Positions 37,998 to 46,697 of a stretch of DNA of 64,000 nucleotides are shown here, piece after piece. Position 1 is the stretch's first letter. Each line of letters starts with the position of its first letter. A program made the position numbers and the translations under genes. The DNA is from a bacterium (GTDB lineage: Bacteria; Patescibacteriota; UBA1384; CAILIB01), in assembly GCA_037131105.1 (NCBI GenBank), contig JBAXRQ010000001.1:322039-386038 (forward strand), given 5' to 3'. Below the pieces are notes generated by a model, which saw only the letters and a program-made list of their open reading frames with translations, did no database searches and was not told the origin of the DNA.

Positions 37998-38138
37998 CTT
38001 AACACGAAGTATTAAGGTGGTTGGAGGCGAGATAAAAAGAGCAGTTTGTGAGCAGGGCCGTTTACGGTCATGATTGCAAACTGCTCTTTTTAGTGAGCCG
38101 ATGGCCCCTTAACACGAAGTACTAGGATGGTTGGAGGC
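37998..38138 (+). repeat. 31-bp imperfect direct repeat (cttaacacgaagtattaaggtggttggaggc / cttaacacgaagtactaggatggttggaggc) flanking a 15-bp-stem hairpin (aaaaagagcagtttg...caaactgctcttttt)
   Basis: Read directly; 110-nt spacing; lies between rnpB and the AI-2E transporter gene. Confidence 0.6.
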
Positions 38139-38168
38139 AGCCTGGCGTATTTATGCTAGAGTAAAGCC

Positions 38169-39224
38169 ATGACTCAGAGCTCCCGCCAGACAACCGCCTT
38201 CTATGTTCTCTTCGGTCTCACCGCCTTGATGGCGCTGGTATTCCTGTGGAGTTACCTTCCGGCCGTGGTCCTGGCCTGTCTTCTCGCCCTGCTCTTCCAT
38301 CCCATGTATCGCAGGCTTATGGATGTCTGCAAGGGGAGGGACTGGCTGGCTATGCCGCTTACCTTCCTGGGCATCTTCCTTTCTTTCATCCTGCCCTTCG
38401 TCATTGCCGGGAGCCTGGCCGTTAGAGTGGTCATGGACTTCTCCAGGCGGTCAGAAGGCACTACCCTGGCTGACGGCCTCTCCCTGAACTGGCTGGTTGA
38501 AAGGGCCAACCTTGTCTTGGCTCAGATTCCGGGCCTTGATTACCAGGTCACTCCGGAGATGGTGACGGGGCAGCTGCAGGCCGCCGCCCACGCACTTTCC
38601 TCACACGCCCTCGATACTGTCAGGGGTGTCGGGGCGGCTGTGTTTGGGGTTATCCCGGTCATCTTCATCTGCATCTACTTCATTGCCGCCCTGCTCTCGA
38701 ACTACGGCACCATCGTAACCTTTCTGCATCGGCTGAGTCCTCTCGACAATGAGATAGACCGGCTCTACTTCAGGCGGGTGAGGGCGATGGCCCTGTCCAT
38801 GGTTAGGGGTACCTTCATCGTCGCGCTTATCCAGGGAACCCTTACCGGACTTCTATTGGCGGTGGCCGGTGTAAAATACTCTGCTTTCCTAGGTCTGCTT
38901 GCCACCATCGCCTCGATCATCCCGCTGGGTGCCGGCATTATCTCCATCCCCATCGGGCTGCTGCTTATCGCCTCCGGGAACATCTGGCAGGGAGTGCTGC
39001 AGATCGCCGGAAACCTTATCGTGGTATCGAATGTAGACAATGTCCTCCGGCCCCGACTGGTAAGCAAGGAGGCCAGCCTGCATCCGGCCCTGACCATACT
39101 GGGTCTGTTCGCCGGCCTGGCCAGCTTCGGCTTTCTTGGCGTAATCTACGGACCGGTACTGATGATCTTCTTCGCTACCACCATAGAGGTGTATATGACC
39201 CGATTCCGTCCTAAGACTGAGTAA
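38169..39224 (+). CDS. AI-2E family (PerM/TqsA-like, UPF0118) membrane transporter
   Basis: 8-TM profile with the conserved C-terminal region ...IPLGAGIISIPIGLLLIASGNIWQGVLQIAGNLIVVSNVDNVLRPRLVSK... Confidence 0.85.
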   Translation: MTQSSRQTTAFYVLFGLTALMALVFLWSYLPAVVLACLLALLFHPMYRRLMDVCKGRDWLAMPLTFLGIFLSFILPFVIAGSLAVRVVMDFSRRSEGTTLADGLSLNWLVERANLVLAQIPGLDYQVTPEMVTGQLQAAAHALSSHALDTVRGVGAAVFGVIPVIFICIYFIAALLSNYGTIVTFLHRLSPLDNEIDRLYFRRVRAMALSMVRGTFIVALIQGTLTGLLLAVAGVKYSAFLGLLATIASIIPLGAGIISIPIGLLLIASGNIWQGVLQIAGNLIVVSNVDNVLRPRLVSKEASLHPALTILGLFAGLASFGFLGVIYGPVLMIFFATTIEVYMTRFRPKTE

Positions 39225-39328
39225 CCCTCTCAATTTCTTCTCGTCATTCTGGTAGTCAGACCATAGCAGTGCTTGTGGGATAACAAAAAATCACCCGAAG
39301 GTGATCTTTTGCTTCTCTCCAGGGGCTC

Positions 39329-40540
39329 CTACTGGTTTCCCGTATTCCCTGAAGAGTGGGCGATATCGAAGAGGGAAAGCTTGATCCCGCTCTGATTGGT
39401 TGAGCGGACAAAGCTGGTGAACACAGGGCTGTCAGGAGAAGTTATGATGGTGTCGCTGTTCCAATACGACCAGTCGGTGGCCTCGGTGACGCCGCTCTTG
39501 TCCTGGGCAAAGATATTGATGGTTACGCTGTAGCCGTTCTTCTTAAGCTTGTTGGCCTGGGCCAGGATGCCGTTCAGGATGTCGGCGCGCTTGGCTGGGG
39601 GCACCGTAATGGTGTTACTGGCATCCAGGGTGTACTTGCTGTGGAACGAGCCGGTGTTATACCAGATTTCCTTGGTACCCAAGCTGTCAGCGGCCTCAGA
39701 GGCAATGTCGTAGCCAAGATACTGGGCGGCGTCTACGATACCAGGACCGGTCTGCTTGGCATTCGGCAGCCAAGGGAATCCCTGGAGACCGAAGCTGGTC
39801 ACCAGTCCCTTGTCGATGCCCTTTACATACGGCAGTAGGCTGACGTACTCGCCATTTGCCCAGTTGAAGTCGCTGGAGTCATAGGTGGCTGAGTTCAGCA
39901 TTATGCTGGTACGAGTCTTGGGGAACTGGGCCCGTAGGGCGCGCAGGTAGATGTTGACGTCAGTGGCGTAGGTAGCCGGAGTGGCGCTTTGGTTGTTCCA
40001 ATACGGCAGGTTGGCCTCAGGGAACGGTACCCAGGTGCCCATATCAGCGTCGGTGAGGCCCTGGGCCTTTAGCTCGGCGAAGTAGGTCTGGATGAACGGA
40101 GTGTAAAAGCCGCTGCTGAACTCGGTGAAGTCTACCAGGCCCCAGTCGCTGCTTGGCTCGATGATGACCAGGGGATGTACTCCATGCTTCTTGAACTCCT
40201 TCAGCTTCGTAGCCATGATATCGGCTCGGTGCTTGGCGTCGACGGAGTCCTTGGGCATGTCACCAAAGATCATCATCTGGTCGGTTACGAACGAATGACA
40301 TACTTCCTGGTACTCAGCTAGCTTCTGTAGCTCAGGACTGCTGCTGGCACTCAGGCCTACGATAGGCTTCAGGTTACTGCAATCTCCGGTAACCTGTACT
40401 GAAGGCGAGCGGTGGATGAGTGAGGCCAGGGCAGGTGCCTGCAGGCGGATGTCGGTCATTGACTGCACCACGACTCCCACCGCGTAGGCGGAGGCTAGCA
40501 GGAAGAGGAGGCTGAAGATGAATACTTCTCGTGGTTTCAT
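39329..40540 (-). CDS. secreted protein (403 aa), last gene of the GT2 exopolysaccharide operon; possible glycan hydrolase/processing enzyme
   Basis: Internal ATG at 40538-40540 gives a signal peptide MKPREVFIFSLLFLLASAYAVG and forms an ATGA overlap with the GT2 stop. No TM beyond the signal peptide. Confidence 0.55.
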   Translation of the reverse strand: MKPREVFIFSLLFLLASAYAVGVVVQSMTDIRLQAPALASLIHRSPSVQVTGDCSNLKPIVGLSASSSPELQKLAEYQEVCHSFVTDQMMIFGDMPKDSVDAKHRADIMATKLKEFKKHGVHPLVIIEPSSDWGLVDFTEFSSGFYTPFIQTYFAELKAQGLTDADMGTWVPFPEANLPYWNNQSATPATYATDVNIYLRALRAQFPKTRTSIMLNSATYDSSDFNWANGEYVSLLPYVKGIDKGLVTSFGLQGFPWLPNAKQTGPGIVDAAQYLGYDIASEAADSLGTKEIWYNTGSFHSKYTLDASNTITVPPAKRADILNGILAQANKLKKNGYSVTINIFAQDKSGVTEATDWSYWNSDTIITSPDSPVFTSFVRSTNQSGIKLSLFDIAHSSGNTGNQ

Positions 40541-41853
40541 GGGTGGGCAAGTGTGTGGGTGTGAGTGGGGACAGGCTCGGCGTCGGTATCGATACCGGTG
40601 CGGCTCCAGGACTGCCATTCGATCTCGTCGCCTCTGACCGTCATCAGGATGCTCTTGATAAGGGCCAGCCACTCCACCCAGACCAGGAAATAGAACAACG
40701 GCCAGGTGAATGGGAAGAGGAAGAGTATGCCGAGGTTGATCTTCTCATGGTCAAACAGGGCGATCACCAGATAGGTGGCGAAGATAAAGAGTATGCCCAA
40801 AGACAATGAAAGATAGTCGCCAGAGATGATGCTGTAGCTGAGCAGCAGGGTAAGGCCTACCGGCTCAAAGAGCAGCTGGCTTTCGGAAAGCAGGCAGAAT
40901 GGCAGTATGAACCAAGACAGAGCCCGGTTATGGCGTTTATCCAATGAGAAGAACATACGGCGGTAGCGTACGAAGGTGTCGAAGCGGCCCTTCTTCCAAC
41001 GCAGGCGCTGGTTCAGCAGACCCATTACGGTGCTGGCACCCTCGGTGTAGCAGATGACGTCCTCAGCATAGACCGAATGCAGGCCGTTGTACCGGGTCCG
41101 CAATGACATCTCGATGTCCTCGGTTTTGTTGGCCTCGTCAAAGAGTCCGAGCTGCTCGAATACCTTCTTCTTGCGGAAGGCAGCGCAGGCGCCTCCGAAG
41201 ATATACTCGGCGTTCATCACCGAGTGGGCGCGCTTGAAGTAGAAGCCGAAGAGGTACTCGAGGTTCTGGATGAAGCCCATCACAGAATGGTTGCGGCCTA
41301 CCTTGACGTTGCCGACGGCGACGTCGATCTTCTCATCCTCAAAGTAGGGCACCAGCCGGGCGATGGCCTTCCTGTGCAGGACTGAGTCGGCGTCCACGGT
41401 GACGACGATCTCACCCTTGGATGCGACGATACCCCGGTTCAGGGCGGTACCTTTGCCACCGTTTTCCTTATATACGTAATGCAGCTGGGCGGTAGGGTGC
41501 AGGTTGTGCCATTCGGCGCTCTTCATGAAGCGCTCGAACATCTCGTGGGAACGGTCGGTAGAGCCGTCGTTCACCACGATAATCTCAAGGTTTTGGTAGG
41601 TGCTGTTCAGTACTGAACGTACCGTACGCAGTAGGCCCACCTCTTCATTCCAGGCGGGAATAACCACCGAGACCATGGGGCGGTACGGGCGGCGCAGGCC
41701 GTTCTCAAGACGTTTGCCGGCCAGTCGTTCCTGACGAAGCGCCTCCTTCACCGCGTGGAAGGGGGCAAGGAGCAGGAACAGATAATACTTCACCAGCATT
41801 ATGGTGGCGAAGAATATGGTGATGTTCCTAAGAAGAAGGTAGTGTTCAGCCAT
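40537..41853 (-). CDS. processive family-2 glycosyltransferase (PgaC/IcaA/cellulose-synthase-like)
   Basis: VSVVIPAWNEE...IIVVNDGSTD (DGS), VTVDADSV (DxD), TED and the processivity motif QRLRWKKG (QxxRW). N- and C-terminal TM helices. Confidence 0.85.
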   Translation of the reverse strand: MAEHYLLLRNITIFFATIMLVKYYLFLLLAPFHAVKEALRQERLAGKRLENGLRRPYRPMVSVVIPAWNEEVGLLRTVRSVLNSTYQNLEIIVVNDGSTDRSHEMFERFMKSAEWHNLHPTAQLHYVYKENGGKGTALNRGIVASKGEIVVTVDADSVLHRKAIARLVPYFEDEKIDVAVGNVKVGRNHSVMGFIQNLEYLFGFYFKRAHSVMNAEYIFGGACAAFRKKKVFEQLGLFDEANKTEDIEMSLRTRYNGLHSVYAEDVICYTEGASTVMGLLNQRLRWKKGRFDTFVRYRRMFFSLDKRHNRALSWFILPFCLLSESQLLFEPVGLTLLLSYSIISGDYLSLSLGILFIFATYLVIALFDHEKINLGILFLFPFTWPLFYFLVWVEWLALIKSILMTVRGDEIEWQSWSRTGIDTDAEPVPTHTHTLAHP

Positions 41854-41856
41854 AAC

Positions 41857-42507
41857 TTACAGTTGGGTGTTCTGAAGGTTGACGAAGGTTGCAGTCACAT
41901 ACTGGATGCTCTTGTTATCGGAGCTGGTGATAGCCAATAGCAGGTCGGGAGTGGTGGTGTCAGGCAATATAAAGGAAGTGGTGGCCGGCAGCAGCTGGGT
42001 GTTGCTGATACGGAACATGTAGCGCCAGTCCCTGTCGGTATCCAGGAAGACATTGTCACCGACGGTCAGAGTACTGGGGTCGTTAATGGTCCTCCAGCCC
42101 TCACGCAGGTAGACCAGGGTATTGCCGATATTGCCACCCTTGGCGGGACTCAAGTAGGCGAACTGAGCGGTAGACTGCCGGGCCAGGTAGTGGCCGTTCT
42201 GGTAAATGGCGGGCACGACCTGTAAGCGGGTGCTGGTGGGAGTCAGTTTCAGGTAGAGCGGGTGGCCGAAGTTGCCTTCTCCGGAGTTCGGGTCCTTGAC
42301 GATCTGGGGGGAGGTGTTGCGGTCGATGATGTCCCGTACCGGTACGGGGGTAAGGGCTATGGCAAACGGGACCTCCTTGGTGAAGGCCAGCTCATAGCCG
42401 TTGATCATGATGAAGGTGGTGGCTGACAAAGAAAGGGTCATCAGCACGAAGTACTGAGTGGCCAGCCACAGGCTGCGCAGAACGCGCTTGGTCCTAGAAA
42501 TCGCCAT
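41857..42507 (-). CDS. membrane-anchored extracytoplasmic protein (216 aa), sortase-like topology but no catalytic Cys recognised
   Basis: N-terminal signal-anchor LRSLWLATQYFVLMTLSLSATTFIMI, then a ~180-aa soluble domain. 4-nt gap to the GT2 gene. Confidence 0.5.
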   Translation of the reverse strand: MAISRTKRVLRSLWLATQYFVLMTLSLSATTFIMINGYELAFTKEVPFAIALTPVPVRDIIDRNTSPQIVKDPNSGEGNFGHPLYLKLTPTSTRLQVVPAIYQNGHYLARQSTAQFAYLSPAKGGNIGNTLVYLREGWRTINDPSTLTVGDNVFLDTDRDWRYMFRISNTQLLPATTSFILPDTTTPDLLLAITSSDNKSIQYVTATFVNLQNTQL

Positions 42508-42643
42508 GGTTCCTCCGGGTTCGGAAACCGATGTAGAAGGCCATGCCGTGCGCTATGACATTAGCAAGCAGAACGCTTGAAATGAAAGCGCAGTAAAACA
42601 GGATGAGAAGGTAGTAGGGACCGGATGAAATGCCTGTAAGCAT
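42494..42643 (-). CDS. 49-aa hydrophobic peptide (MLTGISSGPYYLLILFYCAFISSVLLANVIAHGMAFYIGFRTRRNHGDF), first gene of the EPS operon
   Basis: Not in the ORF track. Its stop overlaps the start of the next gene (ATGGCGATTTCTAG), which suggests coupling. No SD. Confidence 0.25.
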   Translation of the reverse strand: MLTGISSGPYYLLILFYCAFISSVLLANVIAHGMAFYIGFRTRRNHGDF

Positions 42644-42650
42644 GGGTACT

Positions 42651-42693
42651 TATTGTGATAGATCACAATAGGGTATCTTTACTGATTTGTCAA
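42651..42693 (-). promoter_or_regulatory. promoter (TTGACA-17-TATTGT) overlapped by a 9-2-9 palindromic operator tattgtgat-ag-atcacaata
   Basis: On the minus strand: ..TTGACAaatcagtaaagatacccTATTGTgatctatcacaataagtacccATG. The perfect 9-bp inverted repeat spans the -10 region to +1. Confidence 0.5.
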
Positions 42694-42754
42694 TACAGGA
42701 GCCAATAAAATGCGGCCTGTCCTTGCTAGGGGCAGGCCGCGGGGTGCGTCGGGA

Positions 42755-43435
42755 CTACGTGAGTATCGGTCGGAGAATGCCATCCACCTGGCCGACCACG
42801 TACTCGATACCGTTGGCGCCTGGGATGAAGTGGTAGTCGGGGTGACCTTGCCAGGCCTCCCTGGTCAACATCTCGACCCGCTGCGCCTTTTCCAGATTCT
42901 CGTATCGCTTGTCATTGCCCTGGGCACTGAACAGCTCTGGTTTGGCAGTCGCTAATGACTCGAGATGGACTACCTTGTCGTAGGCTGCATACAGGATGCG
43001 GGTGGTGAGGCCTGAGAACCGAGCGGCAAGTTCATCGTGAAGTCCTGGCATGTAAACCATGGCATCGGCAGTGCCGCGGTCAGAAACAATCGCCCTAATA
43101 CCTCCCTTTAAAACGGCTTCGTCGTAGGCTTCCAGCTCACGCATGATCTGGGTAAGTAGCATGGCCGGCTGGAAGCGGCTGAGCCATCGGTCGATGAGCT
43201 CCTCTTGCGACGGGACGGCGGTCAGGCCTGATGTCAGAAAGAGGGTGGCAGTCTCGTCAAGTTGGGAGACTAGGCCGGGAAACTGCCTTGCCACGTATCC
43301 CATAACAGTACTTTTGCCGCCGTTCGGGCCGCCGACCAATCCTATGCGTAGCGGGCCGCCGGGAGGCTTCGCTGCAAGATACTCATCCAAGAGAGGATGG
43401 GAGAATGCGTCGCTGACCGGATTGTTGTTGTTCAT
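42755..43435 (-). CDS. P-loop NTPase (AAA_28/NadR-kinase-like)
   Basis: Walker A GLVGGPNGGKST. Start at the ATG with an AAGGAG RBS (MNNNNPV...); the alternative ATG at 43468 adds 11 aa; the track start at 43576 would overlap the tRNA. Confidence 0.6.
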   Translation of the reverse strand: MNNNNPVSDAFSHPLLDEYLAAKPPGGPLRIGLVGGPNGGKSTVMGYVARQFPGLVSQLDETATLFLTSGLTAVPSQEELIDRWLSRFQPAMLLTQIMRELEAYDEAVLKGGIRAIVSDRGTADAMVYMPGLHDELAARFSGLTTRILYAAYDKVVHLESLATAKPELFSAQGNDKRYENLEKAQRVEMLTREAWQGHPDYHFIPGANGIEYVVGQVDGILRPILT

Positions 43436-43562
43436 CTGTCTTCGCTCCTTTGCAATCTGGACGTTCATGTCCAGGACCAAGGTATACCTTCCGGAGGAGG
43501 CCGTCCAGTCTGAGATCGACAAAAGGGGGTAATTTTGGTAGATTCGAAGGGCTACCAAACAG

Positions 43563-43637
43563 TGGGGAGTGGCCAAGTGGTAAGGCAGTGCCCTTTGAAG
43601 GCATGTATCGAAGGTTCGAATCCTTCCTCCCCAGCCA
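43563..43637 (+). tRNA. tRNA-Gln (anticodon TTG), CCA encoded
   Basis: TGGGGAGTGGCCAAGTGGTAAGGCAGTGCCCTTTGAAGGCATGTATCGAAGGTTCGAATCCTTCCTCCCCAGCCA. U1:A72 pair, D-loop GCCAAGYGGUAAGGC and T-arm GGTTCGAATCC closely match bacterial tRNA-Gln. Anticodon loop CT-TTG-AA. Confidence 0.85.
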
Positions 43638-43680
43638 GAAAGAAGCGATAGAGCTCGTCCTCTATCGCTTCTTTCTGTTT
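43638..43680 (+). terminator. hairpin gaaagaagcgatagag-ctcgtc-ctctatcgcttctttc + tgttt after tRNA-Gln
   Basis: 16-bp perfect stem read directly. Confidence 0.6.
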
Positions 43681-43955
43681 ATGTAAGTAATGAATCGGAT
43701 TAATAAGGTCTGTTAAATCTAAAAGATTCCTGCTATTGATGACGACGACTTCCGGGTGTATGTGGCATTTCCACCTATCCCTCACGAAACCGTACGAAAG
43801 GGCGGCGGGCATTTTCTGGAAATCTACGATACCGTGGCCGGAGCCGATGACTGTCCGGTGCCCCTCGACGAATTTCAGGAACATCTCTAACTCATGTGCG
43901 AATGGGTTTGTTAGGGTCTGCAGTGTGCTCTATGCATGCTGCAGGCCTCACAAAG

Positions 43956-45710
43956 TTATGCGCTAGCCTTTCCTGTAAGACGGTTCAGGAATCGGTGTAT
44001 GAAGCCTCTCAGTAGGCCGAGATCTACGACTACATACAGTGCAAGTATTCCTACTGCCCACGGCAGGGAGGAGTCCTTTTCGGGTGTCTTGACCGTAACG
44101 GTGGCCGGGGAAGACAAAGCCTTTACCGTGGGCGCCGGCAGTTCGCTCGTGACCACTGCGATGCTGCGCGGGGTCGGACTAGGACTAGGAGCCGGAGTCG
44201 GGCTAGGCGTTGGGCTAGGACTGGGAGTCGGTGCAGCCTTTTTTGGGGTTGGCTTAGGGATGACACTTTGGGGGACCGTTGACGCCACGCCGTTAACCGG
44301 GGGCTTGGTAATGACCAGGGCGGGTGCTGGCGTGGCTTGGTTAGGGTCGGGGGTTGTGCCGAGCTCAGGCAGGTCAGAAGGGGCCTTGATCTGGGCAGGG
44401 ACGGCGGTAGGTGCCGTAGTCGGAGTCGCAGTAGGTGGTGGGGCTGGCGTCGTTGTAGGATTGACTGCGGCTAGGACGTCGATCTCGCCGCCATTTACCG
44501 AATGAGTACTGCCGTTCGTCGAATCGATGTAGGAGGTTATTGGGTCGGTGGAGCCGACGATCTTGCTTTTGACCTGAGCCGGGGAAAGCGATGGATTCTG
44601 AGAGAGTAGGAGGCCCGCCTCGCCAGCCACAAAGGGAGAGGCCATCGAGGTGCCGCTCAGGTAGGCGTACCCTTCTTTCTTATAGGTGCTGGCAATGCTC
44701 TCGCCGGGTGCTACCACGCTTACCCAGCTTCCGTAGTTTGAAAACGAAGAGAGCTGGCCGGTCTGTCCGGCTGAGGCTACCGAAATGACGCCCGGATAGG
44801 CTGCCGGGTAGATGGGTGAAGAAGAACCGCTATTGCCGGCCGCTGCTACCACGACTACATTGTGGCTGATGGCGTACTGGATGGCATCGGACATGATCTG
44901 GGTGCCTGTCGAAGAGCCAAGGCTGAGGTTAATGATCTGGGCGCCGTGATCTGTGGCATACAGGATGCCGGCCGCCACGGTGGAAGTAGTGCCGCTTCCG
45001 GAGGCGTCTAGTACTTTGACCGGCATAATCTTGCACTGCCAGCACACGCCGGCCACCCCAATGGAGTTGTTGCCATCCGCTGCGGCGATCCCGGCCACAT
45101 GGGTGCCATGGCCATTGTCATCGCTAGGATCCGAGGTACCTGCTACAAAGTTGTATCCTGTTGAAAGAAGGTTTGGGGTCAGGTCGGGATGGGTCATATC
45201 GGCGCCGGTATCAACGAAGGCAATGGTCACTGAAGGGCTGCCGGTATTCGTATTCCAGGTAGTATCCGCCTTGATCGCTGTCGGTCCCCATTGGATGGAG
45301 TAATACGGGTCGTTCGGCACGGTCATGGTGCTGACGGTCTGGTCTCGCTCGACGGATACGCCAGTTGCCCGTAGTTTGGTTTCAAAATCGGTGTCGCTTA
45401 TGCCGCTAGACGGCGGGTTTTCTACGATATCGGTATTGATGGAAGCAAGCTCGGTTTTCATTTTGACGCCAAGTTCGGCGTAGGCGTTCTCGAGAGCGGT
45501 TTTGCTTGTAGGCGTGTACTTAACTAGGAAGTGATGGGGTGCTGCCGTGGCTTCTGGGCTGCTTGTGATAGCAGGAGTTTGCTTGGTAACGGTGACAGAC
45601 GGCGAAACAAGGGCCTGATGAACCCCTAGTATTCCGACGATGGATCCTACGATGATCCCGAGGCACGTAATAAGCGCCAGCTTCTTACAATGTAACGCTT
45701 TAAGAGTCAT
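43956..45710 (-). CDS. subtilisin-like (S8) serine protease with Pro/Thr/Ser-rich linker and C-terminal TM anchor
   Basis: Catalytic triad blocks ...AFVDTGAD (Asp), NGHGTHVAGIAAA (His) and GTSMASPFVAGEAGLL (Ser). N-terminal signal anchor. The linker (PTPSPSPTPSPTPAPSPSPTP) is encoded by tandem degenerate repeats at ~44150-44260. Ends with the hydrophobic segment LPWAVGILALYVVVDLGLL. Confidence 0.9.
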   Translation of the reverse strand: MTLKALHCKKLALITCLGIIVGSIVGILGVHQALVSPSVTVTKQTPAITSSPEATAAPHHFLVKYTPTSKTALENAYAELGVKMKTELASINTDIVENPPSSGISDTDFETKLRATGVSVERDQTVSTMTVPNDPYYSIQWGPTAIKADTTWNTNTGSPSVTIAFVDTGADMTHPDLTPNLLSTGYNFVAGTSDPSDDNGHGTHVAGIAAADGNNSIGVAGVCWQCKIMPVKVLDASGSGTTSTVAAGILYATDHGAQIINLSLGSSTGTQIMSDAIQYAISHNVVVVAAAGNSGSSSPIYPAAYPGVISVASAGQTGQLSSFSNYGSWVSVVAPGESIASTYKKEGYAYLSGTSMASPFVAGEAGLLLSQNPSLSPAQVKSKIVGSTDPITSYIDSTNGSTHSVNGGEIDVLAAVNPTTTPAPPPTATPTTAPTAVPAQIKAPSDLPELGTTPDPNQATPAPALVITKPPVNGVASTVPQSVIPKPTPKKAAPTPSPSPTPSPTPAPSPSPTPRSIAVVTSELPAPTVKALSSPATVTVKTPEKDSSLPWAVGILALYVVVDLGLLRGFIHRFLNRLTGKASA

Positions 45711-45760
45711 ATACTAGCAGTGTAATATAAAACCAGTACAAGTACCTACTAATCCAGGTT

Positions 45761-46414
45761 ATGAAATTTCTCCTCACCTCTTCGGGTATCAGTAATCGTG
45801 CTTTGCTTAATTCATTATTGAACCTGGCCGGAAAGCCGGTCAACCAACTTAAGGTGGTCTACATTCCCACAGCTGCTAACGTGGAGCCAGGTGACAAGGG
45901 TTGGCTGATCGATAACCTGCGCGACTTTCAGGAAGCGGGGTTCGAGTCTGTGGATATTATGGATATCGCTGCGGTACCGCTTGAGATCTGGAAACCTCGT
46001 TTAGAGGCTGCAGACATCCTGGTGATGGGAGGTGGCAATACGAGTTATCTCTTAGAACAAATTCATTCCTCTGGCCTTGCCGAAGTACTGCCTGAGCTTC
46101 TGAAGACGCGGGTATATCTGGGAACCAGTGCTGGTAGTATGGTGGTGGGCACGGATATGCCGGCCGAGGCCTTGGAAATGGTCTATCCTGACGAGTCAAC
46201 CAAGGGCGAAAAGGGCCTTAGGCTTGTGGACTTTTATATCCTGCCGCACTTTGGCTCCGAGTACTTTCCCGAGGTGCATGAGAAGAATGCACAAAAGGTG
46301 GCGGATATCTCAAGGCAGACGGTCTACCTCTTGGATGATCAGACGGGAATCGAAGTTAATGGCGATTCTATAACGGTAATCGGTGAAGGTACCTGTATCC
46401 GGTATGAAAGGTAA
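45761..46414 (+). CDS. peptidase E-like (S51 family) protein
   Basis: ...ILVMGGGNTSYLL... and the catalytic-Ser region YLGTSAGSMV, typical of PepE/cyanophycinase-type Ser-His-Glu peptidases. Confidence 0.75.
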   Translation: MKFLLTSSGISNRALLNSLLNLAGKPVNQLKVVYIPTAANVEPGDKGWLIDNLRDFQEAGFESVDIMDIAAVPLEIWKPRLEAADILVMGGGNTSYLLEQIHSSGLAEVLPELLKTRVYLGTSAGSMVVGTDMPAEALEMVYPDESTKGEKGLRLVDFYILPHFGSEYFPEVHEKNAQKVADISRQTVYLLDDQTGIEVNGDSITVIGEGTCIRYER

Positions 46415-46495
46415 CCGTGTAGTTATTGTTTTTTCCAGCCTCCTCTTACCTGGTGTACGGCGGCAAGAAAAGGATCTTTATGATATGCTTATGCC

Positions 46496-46687
46496 ATGAC
46501 CAAAATACAGATTCTTCGTCGACAGAAGGCAGTAGCGGCAGCGGTCGGTTCGGTACGCGCTGAAGGCCTTAAGACAACAATAAAAACCCAGAAGCAGCTA
46601 AAAGAATACGCTGAGGGAAAGATTACTATTGCAAAACTACGCAGAGTTACTATTGATGATATAAAGGCAAAACAAAAAAAGAAGTAA
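46496..46687 (+). CDS. VbhA-like Fic antitoxin (63 aa) with inhibitory (S/T)xxxE(G/N) motif
   Basis: ...AAAVGSVRAEGLKTT... contains S-V-R-A-E-G, matching the alpha-inh motif of class I Fic antitoxins. Directly precedes the Fic gene (10-nt gap). AT-rich. Confidence 0.55.
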   Translation: MTKIQILRRQKAVAAAVGSVRAEGLKTTIKTQKQLKEYAEGKITIAKLRRVTIDDIKAKQKKK

Positions 46688-46697
46688 CCAAGAGCGT

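Noticed and set aside
43956-44505. 189-aa + strand ORF with (GLGLGVGLG)n repeats; also checked as a possible CRISPR-like repeat region
   Set aside because: It is the mirror image of the Pro/Thr/Ser-rich linker-coding repeats of the S8 protease on the minus strand. The repeats are short degenerate codon repeats without unique spacers, so not CRISPR.
46600-46660. Sequence gcaaaactacgcagag reminiscent of a tmRNA tag-coding region
   Set aside because: Lies within the antitoxin ORF. No tRNA-like domain, pseudoknots or 3' CCA context; considered coincidental.
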